Assembly (NCBI GenBank): GCA_965209035.1
Contig: OZ242372.1
Span: 2,016,001 to 2,080,000, forward strand
From: Gammaproteobacteria bacterium
GTDB lineage: Bacteria > Pseudomonadota > Gammaproteobacteria > CBDBNL01 > JAAOII01
DNA length: 64,000 nucleotides
Direction: 5' to 3'
The notes below the pieces were generated by a model. That model made no database searches. It saw nothing but the letters and a program-made list of their open reading frames with translations, and was not told where the DNA came from. Positions within the stretch are counted from its first letter, which is position 1. Each line of letters starts with the position of its first letter. This document shows, piece after piece, positions 19,836-29,970 of the stretch. Position numbers and translations under genes: made by a program.

Positions 19836-21146
19836 ATGCCGGGAGGAATACGATTACGCTATATGGCTCGAATATTTTTTAAGTCTTGCGATGAGAAGCA
19901 ACCGTCGGATCTGTTGATGATTCTGTTCGGCTATCAGTATCGTAAACATTTTCATTATTACATTCAACTTAAAAAAAATTTAAGTTCCAATGTGAAACTT
20001 GCAAACTTAAAATTTACTTCAAGAAGCAATTTATCCTTGTTGCTATTCAAACTGTTATGGAGTGATTGTGATTGGAGTTATTGTTATTCCGATCAGTTTC
20101 GTTTGCTAATCATGAGAGAACTTAAAACAAGGGAAAATAAGATTGCGCGTAAGTATTCGTTTGTATATCGCAAGTTGTTTCTTTTTTTTAAATACGCACA
20201 TGCGATGATACTTTGGAAGTGCTATTACACATACTTAAAAAATCATCCGAGCTTTTTAATCGGCGTATGGAGCGGTGCCAAGTTTCGTTCACAATTGCTG
20301 GCTTTTGCGGCGACATCTCTTAACCGGAAAAGGGTTTACTTTGAGAATGGGTTATTGCCGGATACCATGACGATGGATGATCTGGGTGTTAATAATAATA
20401 ACAGCCTGCCGCGGACAGCAGACTTTTATTTGAATTATTGGTCGGCAGCAAAAAAAAATAGGATGACAACAAAACCGCTCAATCGTCTTACTCCACTAAA
20501 GAATACTCCCGCCGCGTCTGTGATTAGTCCCGCTTCTTTGCCGGAGCATTACATTTTTGTTCCGTTTCAAATTGATACGGATGCTCAAATCATAAACCAT
20601 TCCGATTGGATATCCCGTATGCGCGATTTGTTTTTCCTCTTATCGGATATCCGTCCCTTGTTAATCGATGAGAGGCTATGTTTTGTCATTAAAGAACATC
20701 CGCTCAGTAAAGAAAACTACACGAAACTACACAAAACTGCTGCTGCGGATCGCCATTTCAGTTACCCGATATTTGCAAGCGGCTATTCTGTTCAAACATT
20801 AATTGAGCATGCCCGCGGAGTATTGACCATTAATTCTACCGTAGGTATGGAGGCCTTACTCTTGCGCCAAAAAGTCATTACGCTTGGGAATGCCTGCTAC
20901 AACATACCGGGGCTGGTGCGACATGCGGACGACAGAGATTCCTTAATACGGCACATCAATACTTTGGATGCATGGGAACCGAATGCGGACTTGCGAAAGG
21001 CATTCCTGTCTTATGTTTATCATTATTATTGTATCCCGAGAACAAGAGATAATCCGACCGGGGAACATTGGGTGGCAATTAACGAAAGATTAAAGAAGAT
21101 GCTTGCTTCTCAACCTTGGTTACCGGGGATACAAATAGGACAATAA
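19836..21146 (+). CDS. Capsular polysaccharide biosynthesis protein, KpsS/LipB-like
   Basis: FENGLLP, D..GVN..NSLPR, FVPFQ..D.Q, KEHP and TINSTVGMEALL motifs. Confidence 0.85.
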   Translation: MPGGIRLRYMARIFFKSCDEKQPSDLLMILFGYQYRKHFHYYIQLKKNLSSNVKLANLKFTSRSNLSLLLFKLLWSDCDWSYCYSDQFRLLIMRELKTRENKIARKYSFVYRKLFLFFKYAHAMILWKCYYTYLKNHPSFLIGVWSGAKFRSQLLAFAATSLNRKRVYFENGLLPDTMTMDDLGVNNNNSLPRTADFYLNYWSAAKKNRMTTKPLNRLTPLKNTPAASVISPASLPEHYIFVPFQIDTDAQIINHSDWISRMRDLFFLLSDIRPLLIDERLCFVIKEHPLSKENYTKLHKTAAADRHFSYPIFASGYSVQTLIEHARGVLTINSTVGMEALLLRQKVITLGNACYNIPGLVRHADDRDSLIRHINTLDAWEPNADLRKAFLSYVYHYYCIPRTRDNPTGEHWVAINERLKKMLASQPWLPGIQIGQ

Positions 21147-21162
21147 AAGACGGGTTGTTTTT

Positions 21163-21660
21163 ATGAGTGGCAAGATCAAACTTTTTCTTACGGACATGGA
21201 CGGCGTCATGACAGACGGCTTGATTTACTATGGCACGGACGGCAACTTTTCCAAAGGGTTTCATGTACACGACGGCGTCGGTATGTTGCAGTTGAATACT
21301 TTGGGTATTAAGACCGGGATTATTACCTCCGAATCTTCTCCGATCGTGGCGGCCCGAGCCAAGCGTTTGAAGGTGGACTTTTTGCGTATGGGAGAAGAGA
21401 AGGGCTACAAGTTACCGGCCGCCAAAGAGATTTGCCGTCAAATAGACATCGGCTTGGAAGAAGTCGCCTATATTGGAGACGATGTTAACTGTTCGGATCT
21501 GTTGGAAGAAGTGGGCTATCCCGCTTGTCCGCCCAATTCGCACTATTCGGTCAAAGCAATCACCGGAATTTATCAAACACAAAAGCCGGGCGGATCAGGC
21601 GCCCTGCGCGAGTGGATTGATTATTTGTTGAAGCAGAATCTTTTTCAAGGAAGTTCGTAG
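21163..21660 (+). CDS. kdsC: KDO-8-phosphate phosphatase-like HAD hydrolase
   Basis: DMDGVMTDG, F.VHDG.G, YIGDDVN and GG.GALRE motifs. Confidence 0.8.
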   Translation: MSGKIKLFLTDMDGVMTDGLIYYGTDGNFSKGFHVHDGVGMLQLNTLGIKTGIITSESSPIVAARAKRLKVDFLRMGEEKGYKLPAAKEICRQIDIGLEEVAYIGDDVNCSDLLEEVGYPACPPNSHYSVKAITGIYQTQKPGGSGALREWIDYLLKQNLFQGSS

Positions 21661-21744
21661 CACTTGTGAAGCCAAATCAATTGAAGGTGTTTGCGTCCGT
21701 CCGGAAATTCTACGATAAAACAGAAAAACCGATTAAGTAAAGAA

Positions 21745-22752
21745 ATGACAAAAATTGCGGTTACGGGTGCAGCCGGTTTCATAGGATTTCATCTTTGCCG
21801 GTCGTTGCTTTCTCAGGGGCATAGTGTCTGTGGCTTTGATCGACTCAATCCTTATTACGACCCGGCTCTGAAACTGGCAAGATTGGACATACTGCGGCAA
21901 CACAGCAACTTTTCGTTTTGTAAGACGGATTTTACGGAGATGACAAAAACTCGGGAGGCCATATCCGCCAGCCAAGCGGAGGTGGTTTATCATCTTGCCG
22001 CCCAGGCCGGTGTCCGTTATTCCTTGTTGGAACCTCAGAGTTATGTGAACAACAATCTGGCGGTGTTTCTGCACATCCTCGAAGCCTGCCGTCATTGCTC
22101 CGTTAAGCACCTGCTCTATGCCTCTTCAAGCTCGGTTTACGGGCTGAATCACTCGGTTCCTTTTAGAGAAACCGACTTGACCGACAGCCCGGCTTCCTTA
22201 TATGCCGCTACGAAAAAGTCCAACGAATTGATGGCACACGCCTATGCGCATCTGTACGGGTTGCCTGTAACAGGATTGCGTTTTTTTACCGTATATGGCC
22301 CTTGGGGCAGGCCGGATATGGCATACTACAAGTTTGCAAAGTTTCTACAGGCCGGAGAGCCGCTGCCGCTGTTCAACCAAGGAAAAATGGAACGTGATTT
22401 TACTTATGTGGACGATGTGGTGACAGCCATGACGGCACTAATGGACAAGACATCGCCGGAACAGCCCCCCGCCCGTGTTTTTAACTTGGGTAGCGGCAAC
22501 CCGATGTCTCTGCGGGTGTTTGTTGAAACACTTGCCGAATGCATGAATTGCCCGATTGTGGAAAATCCATTACCAATGCAGCCGGGAGATGTGCGCCGCA
22601 CCTATGCGGATACGACCGCCCTGCGGTCTGTGATAGATTGGCAACCGCGTGTTTCTTTGCAAGAGGGGCTCAAAAAGTTTGTTGCATGGTTTTTAAAAGA
22701 AGGAAAAAAGTATCACCTGGAAACGGATAAGAAAACCCCAAACACGGATTAA
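21745..22752 (+). CDS. NAD-dependent epimerase, UDP-glucuronate 4-epimerase-like
   Basis: TGAAGFIG, HLAAQAGVRYS, YAATKK and RFFTVYGPWGRPDMA motifs. Confidence 0.92.
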   Translation: MTKIAVTGAAGFIGFHLCRSLLSQGHSVCGFDRLNPYYDPALKLARLDILRQHSNFSFCKTDFTEMTKTREAISASQAEVVYHLAAQAGVRYSLLEPQSYVNNNLAVFLHILEACRHCSVKHLLYASSSSVYGLNHSVPFRETDLTDSPASLYAATKKSNELMAHAYAHLYGLPVTGLRFFTVYGPWGRPDMAYYKFAKFLQAGEPLPLFNQGKMERDFTYVDDVVTAMTALMDKTSPEQPPARVFNLGSGNPMSLRVFVETLAECMNCPIVENPLPMQPGDVRRTYADTTALRSVIDWQPRVSLQEGLKKFVAWFLKEGKKYHLETDKKTPNTD

Positions 22753-22765
22753 AATATAAAAGAAA

Positions 22766-23812
22766 ATGAAATACAGACATCTTGGAAAAACGGATATTCG
22801 GGTTAGTGAAATCTGTCTCGGCACCATGACATGGGGCGAGCAGAATAGCGAAACCGATGCCTGCGAGCAATTGGATTACGCATTGGAGCGGGGCGTTAAT
22901 TTTATAGACACGGCGGAAATCTATTCTGTGCCAACCCGAAAGGCAACATACGGCAAGACGGAAACCTATATCGGTAACTGGCTGAGTCGTCGCCAAAAAC
23001 GCGATGATTTGATTTTGGCAACCAAGGTGGCGGGACGCAGCCCCATTAATTATGCGCGCGCAAAATCCGCCACCACTTGTTTGTCTCGCGAACAGATTAT
23101 GACCGCTTGTGAGGGGAGTTTGAAACGCTTGCAAACTGATTATATCGATCTGTATCAGTTACATTGGCCGGAACGCAGCAGCAATTTTTTTGGCAAACTC
23201 AACTACGAACACAAAGAAGAGACGGGCTTGGTCCCTATGGAAGAGACATTGGAGGCACTGGATCGACTGGTTAAGAGCGGAAAAGTGAGGCATGTCGGTA
23301 TCTCAAACGAAACGCCCTGGGGGGCAATGCGGTTTCTGCAGATGGCGGAAGCGAATAATTGGCCGCGTATGGTTAGCATCCAGAATCCTTACAGTCTCCT
23401 TAATCGGGTATATGAGGTGGGACTTGCCGAGGTATCTGTGCGCGAATCTTGCGGGTTGCTTGCTTATTCGCCACTTGCGTTCGGGGTCTTATCCGGGAAA
23501 TACTTAAACGGCGAATCTCCGCCCGGTGCCCGTTTGACATTATGGGGCGACCAGTTTCCGCGCTATCAAACCGCCCCGGCAAAAGAAGCCACCCGGGAAT
23601 ATGTTGACTTGGCAAGACGGTATGAAACAGATGCGGCGCAAATGGCACTTGCCTATCTTCTCACCAAGCCGTTTGTTACTTCCGTTATCATAGGCGCCAC
23701 TTCCATGCAACAACTAAAAAGCAATATCGCCGCGTCGGATTTAAGTTTGAATGACAGTATCCGGGCGGGTATAGAAGATATTTCTGTCCGATATTCTAAC
23801 CCCAGTCCCTGA
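22766..23812 (+). CDS. tas: NADP(H)-dependent aldo-keto reductase, Tas family
   Basis: LGTMTWGEQN, DTAE.Y, LYQLHWP, SNETPWG and SIQNPY motifs. Confidence 0.9.
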   Translation: MKYRHLGKTDIRVSEICLGTMTWGEQNSETDACEQLDYALERGVNFIDTAEIYSVPTRKATYGKTETYIGNWLSRRQKRDDLILATKVAGRSPINYARAKSATTCLSREQIMTACEGSLKRLQTDYIDLYQLHWPERSSNFFGKLNYEHKEETGLVPMEETLEALDRLVKSGKVRHVGISNETPWGAMRFLQMAEANNWPRMVSIQNPYSLLNRVYEVGLAEVSVRESCGLLAYSPLAFGVLSGKYLNGESPPGARLTLWGDQFPRYQTAPAKEATREYVDLARRYETDAAQMALAYLLTKPFVTSVIIGATSMQQLKSNIAASDLSLNDSIRAGIEDISVRYSNPSP

Positions 23813-23853
23813 GGCACCGTCTGTCTCTTTTTCCATACATACCCCATACATAG

Positions 23854-24513
23854 ATGCGGGATAAAAGCATTCCGTTGGATCAAACTCTGACAGATTATCT
23901 GTGTCGTGTCGGCGGGATAGATACTGCCGAATTGACAAAATTGCGCGCCGCGGCCGCCGAACATCCGAGCGGTGAAATGCAGACTACCGCACAACAGGGG
24001 CAGTTGCTTTACTTCTTGATGAAATTGATCAACGCAAAGAAGGTTTTGGAGTTGGGAGTTTTTCTTGGTTACGGCACTCTGTCGATCGCACTGGCATTGC
24101 CCAAAGACGGCAAGGTGATGGCCTGTGATAACGACGAAAATGCCCATGCCAATGCGTATCCTTACTGGCAGCGTGCCGGGGTTGCGGAAAAGATAGACTT
24201 TCGTCCTGTGTCGGCATCCGGTCTTCTCAGACACCTGGCGGACGCGGGTGTCCGCGATCTGGATGCCGTTTTCATAGATGCCGACAAGGGGGGATATGCC
24301 AATTATTACGAGATGTCTTTGCCGTTGCTGCGTCCGGGCGGCCTGCTGATTTTGGATAACATGCTCTGGCGCGGTCTGGTTGCCGAGCCGTCGCCAACCG
24401 AAGAACCCCAGCGAAGTTTGGATGCCTTGAATCGCCATATCCATCGGGATGCCAGAGTGGATATGTGTTTGTTACCCTTGGCGGATGGTATGATGCTCGT
24501 TCGGAAAAAATAG
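23854..24513 (+). CDS. Class I SAM-dependent O-methyltransferase (caffeoyl-CoA OMT family)
   Basis: LELGVFLGY, FIDADK and DNMLW.G motifs. Confidence 0.9.
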   Translation: MRDKSIPLDQTLTDYLCRVGGIDTAELTKLRAAAAEHPSGEMQTTAQQGQLLYFLMKLINAKKVLELGVFLGYGTLSIALALPKDGKVMACDNDENAHANAYPYWQRAGVAEKIDFRPVSASGLLRHLADAGVRDLDAVFIDADKGGYANYYEMSLPLLRPGGLLILDNMLWRGLVAEPSPTEEPQRSLDALNRHIHRDARVDMCLLPLADGMMLVRKK

Positions 24514-24519
24514 ATTAAA

Positions 24520-25719
24520 TTGCCCGCTGACATAAACACCTTTTTTCTTCCAAACTACGGGGATCGCTCTGTCTCCTTTGTTAGCGGCAGCGGCTGCTAT
24601 CTGACAGACGAAGCCGGCAAAGAATATTTGGATTTTAGCGGCGGTATTGCGGTCAATCATCTGGGACACTGTCATCCCGCTCTTGTTGAGGCATTGCGTC
24701 TGCAAGCTGGCCGTCTGTGGCATGTCAGTAATTGGTGGCTCAACGAACCGGTTTGCCGACTGGCGCAGGCTCTAACCGAAAAAACATTTGCCGCAGGCGT
24801 ATTTCTTTGCAATTCCGGACTGGAAGCCAACGAGGCCGCTTTGAAGTTGGCACGCAAGTACGGAAAAGAAGCGGGCGGTGCGGGCAAACATAAAATTGTG
24901 TGTTTTGAAGGGGGGTTTCACGGCCGTTCTTTGTTCACCGCGGCTGTCAGTTCCAAGCCGTCGCACAGAGAACCGTTTGCGCCGCTGCCTGCTGGAATTG
25001 TCCGTTGCCCCTACAACGATATTGCATCCTTGCGCGCGGCCATGAATGAGGAAATCTGTGCCGTGATTTTGGAGCCGGTGCAAGGCGAACGAGGGGTGTA
25101 TCCTGCGGATGTTCCGTTTATGCGTGCGGTGAGGGAACTCTGCACGCAACATCATTCCTTGTTGATCTTAGATGAGGTGCAGTCCGGCATGGGCAGGACC
25201 GGCGAACTATTCGCTTATATGCATTACGGCATAACACCGGATTTAATGACTTGCGCCAAGGCACTTGGCGGCGGCTTTCCCATAGGGGCACTTCTGGTCG
25301 GCGACAAGTATACGGATGTTCTCTCCGCGGGCAGTCACGGCAGCACCTTTGGCGGTAATCCTCTTGCGGCTGCCGTGGCTTACGAGGCTCTGCGTCTGAC
25401 GGACAATCCTTCCTTAATGAAAGACATTAAGGAAAAAAGTATTTTTTTGAAAAAAACCTTGTCGGACATTAACCAAAAAGGCGATGTATTTGACGATGTT
25501 CGCGCAGCCGGGCTTTTATTGGGTGCTTCCTTAAAGAAAGCCTATCCCGGCAAACTCGTGATGGAAAAATGCCGAGAGGCGGGGCTGCTGGTGCTGTTGG
25601 CGGGAGACGGTGATGTATTGCGGCTGGCACCGCCTTTGCTAATCGGCTCCGCGGATCTTCAAAAGGGTGCCGATATTTTGAAGTCCGTTTTTGCCTCCTC
25701 GGCAAGAGCGGCAAAATAA
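24520..25719 (+). CDS. argD: Acetylornithine/succinylornithine aminotransferase
   Basis: NSGLEANEAALKLAR, FHGR, DEVQSGMGRTG, AKALGGG and HGSTFGGNP motifs. Confidence 0.9.
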   Translation: MPADINTFFLPNYGDRSVSFVSGSGCYLTDEAGKEYLDFSGGIAVNHLGHCHPALVEALRLQAGRLWHVSNWWLNEPVCRLAQALTEKTFAAGVFLCNSGLEANEAALKLARKYGKEAGGAGKHKIVCFEGGFHGRSLFTAAVSSKPSHREPFAPLPAGIVRCPYNDIASLRAAMNEEICAVILEPVQGERGVYPADVPFMRAVRELCTQHHSLLILDEVQSGMGRTGELFAYMHYGITPDLMTCAKALGGGFPIGALLVGDKYTDVLSAGSHGSTFGGNPLAAAVAYEALRLTDNPSLMKDIKEKSIFLKKTLSDINQKGDVFDDVRAAGLLLGASLKKAYPGKLVMEKCREAGLLVLLAGDGDVLRLAPPLLIGSADLQKGADILKSVFASSARAAK

Positions 25720-25814
25720 TAAGAGGCGGCCCAAAGCAACCCGAGGCAGCTTCAAGCAACCCGGGGCAACCGCAAGACGCAGCATAAAAACAGAAAACAT
25801 CACAGAAAATATAG

Positions 25815-26489
25815 ATGAGTTACTTGCTATTGGGGGCGATATTGCTTCTTTCTCTTGCCCCTCAATTTTGGGCAAAACGGATGATGAAAAAACATTCGGA
25901 GAATCTGTCGGACATCCCCGGCACAGGCGGACAATTAGTGCGTCACCTCAAAAAAAAGTTTCGTCTTAAGGAAGTCGGGTTGGAAGAAACAACCCAGGGC
26001 GATCACTTTAATCCGCAGACCAACACCATTTATCTCACCAAACAAAATATGGAAGGCAGGTCCTTAACCGCCGTGGCGGTTGCAACGCATGAGTTTAGCC
26101 ATGCCTTGCAGCATGCGGAAGGTTCCGCTCTGTTGCAACTAAGGACAACTATGGCAAATTTTATTATTTTTTTGTATAAATGTTTTGATGTTCTTCTCTT
26201 GTTGGGTCTTGCCTTTGCTTTTTTTAATCCGTTGGTGACAAGAATTATTTTTTTACTTTGGTTTCTCAGTCGTCTGCTTGGTATAGCCGTTCACCTGGTA
26301 ACCTTGCCTGTTGAGTTGGATGCCAGTTTTCGCAAGGCACTTCCGATTCTTAAAGAATACCTTGCCGCCGACAAGCTGAGCATCGTCCGAAGCATTCTAA
26401 CCGCTTGTGCCTACACCTATCTTGCCGCATCAGTTGCCGCCTTTTGGGCGATCATTTATATTCTGGGCCGACGACGCTTCTTGCCGTAA
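25815..26489 (+). CDS. Neutral zinc metallopeptidase, membrane-bound (YugP-like)
   Basis: DHFNP, VATHEFSHALQH (HExxH), TLPVELDAS and TYLAA motifs. Confidence 0.9.
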   Translation: MSYLLLGAILLLSLAPQFWAKRMMKKHSENLSDIPGTGGQLVRHLKKKFRLKEVGLEETTQGDHFNPQTNTIYLTKQNMEGRSLTAVAVATHEFSHALQHAEGSALLQLRTTMANFIIFLYKCFDVLLLLGLAFAFFNPLVTRIIFLLWFLSRLLGIAVHLVTLPVELDASFRKALPILKEYLAADKLSIVRSILTACAYTYLAASVAAFWAIIYILGRRRFLP

Positions 26490-26493
26490 TTCG

Positions 26494-27324
26494 GTGAGCC
26501 GCCGATTATCATCCGGATCCGGGTTTTCGGGATTCAAGAGTTGGAAGATCATTTCTCTTGTTCTTTTCGGAACTCTGTTGCTGGGCAGCCGAGCTGCCCA
26601 GACCAAAGAGGTCATGACAGACTATTTGGAGTCCACAAATTATCTGGATTACGAGCATCCGCTAGTCCAAAAAACACTTGCTGCGGTGATTAAAGAAGCC
26701 GAGACGCCGGAAGAAAAGATCGAGAGTATTTTTTATTTTGTGCGTGATGACATTGCGTTTGGCTGGACTCCGCGTATCTACGAGATGAAGGCATCCGATG
26801 TCTTGACCGCGGGTGTGGGCTTTGCCAATACCAAAGGAACCCTTTTTGTCGCCTTACTGCGTGCGGCCGGCATTCCGGCCCGGCAGCGTTTTTATCGCAT
26901 TCGCGATCATGTCATCAGAGGGTTCATCTCTCGCCCCAATCATCAGTTGGATTATTCCTATACCGAGGTGTTTCTCAACGACAAGTGGATCAAGACAGAT
27001 GCTTACACCGTGGATATGCCGTTATACCTGCGCTCAATTCAAAAGCTTAAAGACAAGAAAAAAGACTACGGCTACGGTGTGTTGCTTGACGGTTCCGTGA
27101 CATGGGACCCGCACGAGCACCGCTTTATTCAGTTTTACGGTCACCAAAGTCGGTTGGTTTTGGAGCATCACGGAGTATTCAAAGATGTAGAAGACTTTTA
27201 TGCCAAGTTACACGGTAATGACAGAATTCCCAAGTACGCGCCCAAAGTCATTATCCGCCAGTACATTGCTCGGGTGCAAAACAGGGTGCGCCGAGTGCGG
27301 CAAGATAACCCACAGGTGAGGTAG
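26494..27324 (+). CDS. Transglutaminase-like domain protein with a probable signal peptide; catalytic residues substituted
   Basis: YL.ST.YLDY.HP, IFYFVRDDI, ASDVL..G.G, LFVALLRAAGIPAR and EV.L..KW...D motifs. GTG start at 26494 chosen. Confidence 0.8.
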   Translation: MSRRLSSGSGFSGFKSWKIISLVLFGTLLLGSRAAQTKEVMTDYLESTNYLDYEHPLVQKTLAAVIKEAETPEEKIESIFYFVRDDIAFGWTPRIYEMKASDVLTAGVGFANTKGTLFVALLRAAGIPARQRFYRIRDHVIRGFISRPNHQLDYSYTEVFLNDKWIKTDAYTVDMPLYLRSIQKLKDKKKDYGYGVLLDGSVTWDPHEHRFIQFYGHQSRLVLEHHGVFKDVEDFYAKLHGNDRIPKYAPKVIIRQYIARVQNRVRRVRQDNPQVR

Positions 27325-27374
27325 CCTGTCGGGATATTTCTTCTTAAATTCGCACCTCATTAAAGGGTTCTTTT

Positions 27375-28025
27375 CTATCCGCCGAGAACATAAATACCAA
27401 GTGAAGCTAGGCCGCCGATTGTCGACACCAGGATGGTACTGATAATTATGGTCATCAGATTTGTCAATAATCGGTTTGTTGCTTGAGTAGATTTCATAAA
27501 TGTATTCATCTGCTCGCGCAAGGCTCCGATAGATGTGTCAATATGCGTGTACAGAGCGTCAAACTTATTGTTGAGAATAGCGATATCCTTTTTAATCGTA
27601 GTGACATCCTCTTTGAGTACACTGACATCGCTTTTGAGTGTGGTGACATCCTCTTTGAGCACACTGACATCGCTTTTGAGTATGGCGACATCCTTTTTGA
27701 GCACACTGACATCGCTTTTGAGTGTGGCGACATCCTCTTTGAGCACACTGACATCGCTTTTGAGTGTGGTGACATCCTCTTTGAGCATACTGACATCTTT
27801 CTTAAGAATGGTAACATCTTTCTTAAGAATGGTAACATCGTTCTTAAGAATAGTTGTATCATTTATTTGAGCATCGACAGATTGCTTCAAAGACTGATAA
27901 TACCTATGATCTTTTGCCGTTTTGGCGGCAACACGCCGGGCATGTTCATCGGCTATGCCTGCATTTCGCAAGGATTCATACATATCTTTGTGCATCGTGC
28001 TACTTAACATGTTTGTGTTTTTCAT
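27375..28025 (-). CDS. Membrane-anchored coiled-coil repeat protein (DUF1640/CCDC90-like architecture)
   Basis: Head YESLRNAGIADEHAR, 13 heptads LKxDVxx, C-terminal TM helix. Confidence 0.75.
   Translation of the reverse strand: MKNTNMLSSTMHKDMYESLRNAGIADEHARRVAAKTAKDHRYYQSLKQSVDAQINDTTILKNDVTILKKDVTILKKDVSMLKEDVTTLKSDVSVLKEDVATLKSDVSVLKKDVAILKSDVSVLKEDVTTLKSDVSVLKEDVTTIKKDIAILNNKFDALYTHIDTSIGALREQMNTFMKSTQATNRLLTNLMTIIISTILVSTIGGLASLGIYVLGG
27576..27848 (-). repeat. 13 x 21-bp coding tandem repeat with 42-bp higher-order period
   Basis: Units such as ctcaaaagcgatgtcagtgtg alternating with ctcaaagaggatgtcaccaca. Confidence 0.95.
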
Positions 28026-28202
28026 AAGTTTATCCGCTTAATTTACTATTGCAAAACAACATCAATATGAATTATTATAACCCGAGTCCGGAAACTTTTT
28101 GTTTTGATACTTTGAAAAAAGAAGCATCTCAATAAAAAACCGGGTAAGTAAGATGTGAAACAACATGCCCATTTTTTTGCCTTTCCTATAATATCTTTTA
28201 TT

Positions 28203-28294
28203 GGAGAGGTGGCTGAGCGGTTGAAAGCGGCTTCCTGCTAAGAAGTTATAGGGTCATTAAAGCTCTATCGAGGGTTCGAATCCCTCCCTCTCCG
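28203..28294 (+). tRNA. tRNA-Ser(GCT), CCA not encoded
   Basis: GGAGAGG/CCTCTCC acceptor stem, anticodon loop CT-GCT-AA, long variable arm, GGTTCGAATCC. Confidence 0.95.
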
Positions 28295-28341
28295 TTGTGT
28301 TATTAATATGACGATGAAGCAAAAGCGATATATGTTCTGCG

Positions 28342-28418
28342 GCGCCCGTAGCTCAGTTGGATAGAGTGCTTGGCTACGAACCAAGAGGTCGGGAGTTCGA
28401 ATCTCTCCGGGCGCGCCA
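28342..28418 (+). tRNA. tRNA-Arg(ACG)
   Basis: GCGCCCG/CGGGCGC acceptor stem, CT-ACG-AA loop, GTTCGAATC, terminal CCA. Confidence 0.97.
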
Positions 28419-28623
28419 TTTGAGGCGACAGACATTAGACATTGGCGGAATAAACCGGATAACAGATGTCACTTTTTGTTCTCAGGTTAAGAATCAAATC
28501 TTCCACTCGGAATTTCGATTTTGTGAATACGCATGCTTTGTAAGTTAATAATCGGCAAAAACCCGGATAAAAACACGAATACAAACACACCAAAAACAGA
28601 TGTACCGAAAATAAAAAAACAGC

Positions 28624-29808
28624 GTGAGACAAGATCATAAAAAACAAACCGCCCGGACGAATCGCCTTCTCCTCTTTTTGGAATACGAGAATGCCGTCTC
28701 TTCTCCGCCTGCCGAATTCAAGGCTTTGACGGCAACATTAGGTTACAAAAATATTCCTTCCGTCAGTTTCCGTGTCAGACAACCGCATGCGGGATACTTT
28801 CTCGGCGAAGGGCAGCTGCGACAATTGAAAACTTTTGTTACCGAGCATCGAATTAAGCAAGTGATTGTCAATATGGACTTAAGCGGCGGAAATCATCGGA
28901 ACCTAACAAATGAATTGAATGTCGAACTGCTGGATCGCACGGGTGTCATCTTGAAAATATTTTCACAACATGCGCGTTCCTATCAAAGCAAGTTACAGGT
29001 GGAACTGGCACAATTACACTATCAAAGCACGCATCTCGTGCGCGGCTGGACGCACTTGGAACGCCAACGGGGGGCAATCGGGCAAAGAGGGGGTCCCGGC
29101 GAGAAACAATTGGAAACGGACCGCAGACTGTTGCGCCGGCGAATAGGCACACTGAACACCAAACTGAAAAAAATCCGCAAGCAACGCCAACTGGGACAAA
29201 GAACGCGTAAAAAAAGCACGCGCCCGCTGATGGCACTGGTGGGTTATACCAATGCCGGTAAGAGCAGTTTGTTTAACCAAATGACCCGGGCGGATGCGGT
29301 TGCTTCGCCAAAATTGTTTGCAACATTGGATCCGCTCATTCGCAAGATGCGCGCCGATATGGGTAACTTTTTGGTGACAGACACTGTGGGTTTTATAGAC
29401 AACCTTTCGCCGATGTTGCTTGAATCATTTGCGGCAACTCTTGAAGAAATTGCTCATGCGGATGTTATTTTACATGTGGCGGACGTCACAGACCCGGACA
29501 TCCGAGAAAAAGAAAAGACAGTTACCGAGATGTTGCATTATCTGAACGCGGATTCTATCCCCTGTCTCAAGGTGTATAACAAAATAGACGCTTCGACAGA
29601 GCCTACGGATACCCGGGTGCTTTACGATTTTTATGGGACGCCCGTTAGTGCGCGTATTTCGGCTTCCACGGGAACGGGAGTGAGGACCCTTGCCACTCTG
29701 GCACAGGATCTCCTAATACAACACGACACACACCAAGAGACAATTTTGCAAAATGCACGAAAAAATCATCCGAGAGAGGGCGTTTCTTTGCGCGAAGAAT
29801 GGTTATAA
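28624..29808 (+). CDS. hflX: GTPase HflX
   Basis: RGGPGEKQLETDRR, GYTNAGKSS, LFATLDP, DTVGF and NKID motifs. Confidence 0.95.
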   Translation: MRQDHKKQTARTNRLLLFLEYENAVSSPPAEFKALTATLGYKNIPSVSFRVRQPHAGYFLGEGQLRQLKTFVTEHRIKQVIVNMDLSGGNHRNLTNELNVELLDRTGVILKIFSQHARSYQSKLQVELAQLHYQSTHLVRGWTHLERQRGAIGQRGGPGEKQLETDRRLLRRRIGTLNTKLKKIRKQRQLGQRTRKKSTRPLMALVGYTNAGKSSLFNQMTRADAVASPKLFATLDPLIRKMRADMGNFLVTDTVGFIDNLSPMLLESFAATLEEIAHADVILHVADVTDPDIREKEKTVTEMLHYLNADSIPCLKVYNKIDASTEPTDTRVLYDFYGTPVSARISASTGTGVRTLATLAQDLLIQHDTHQETILQNARKNHPREGVSLREEWL

Positions 29809-29970
29809 TAAAACAAGTATGTTTTCTGCGAGAGGTCCTGTGTGTGTCGGAATTAAGATGAATGATGAATCGATTCTTTAAAAAATCTGTAAAGATTCTT
29901 TCCTTCCTTCATTTATTCCCTCGAAAAATCTTTTTTTAAGAATTTGTTGCCTTAAAATAACTATCAAAAT

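Noticed and set aside
27576-27848. Regular short repeats as a possible CRISPR array
   Set aside because: The units are contiguous 21-bp in-frame coding repeats with no unique spacers, and there are no cas genes.
28357-28548. ORFs overlapping tRNA-Arg, and similar ones over tRNA-Pro
   Set aside because: They are translations of tRNA sequence, not proteins.
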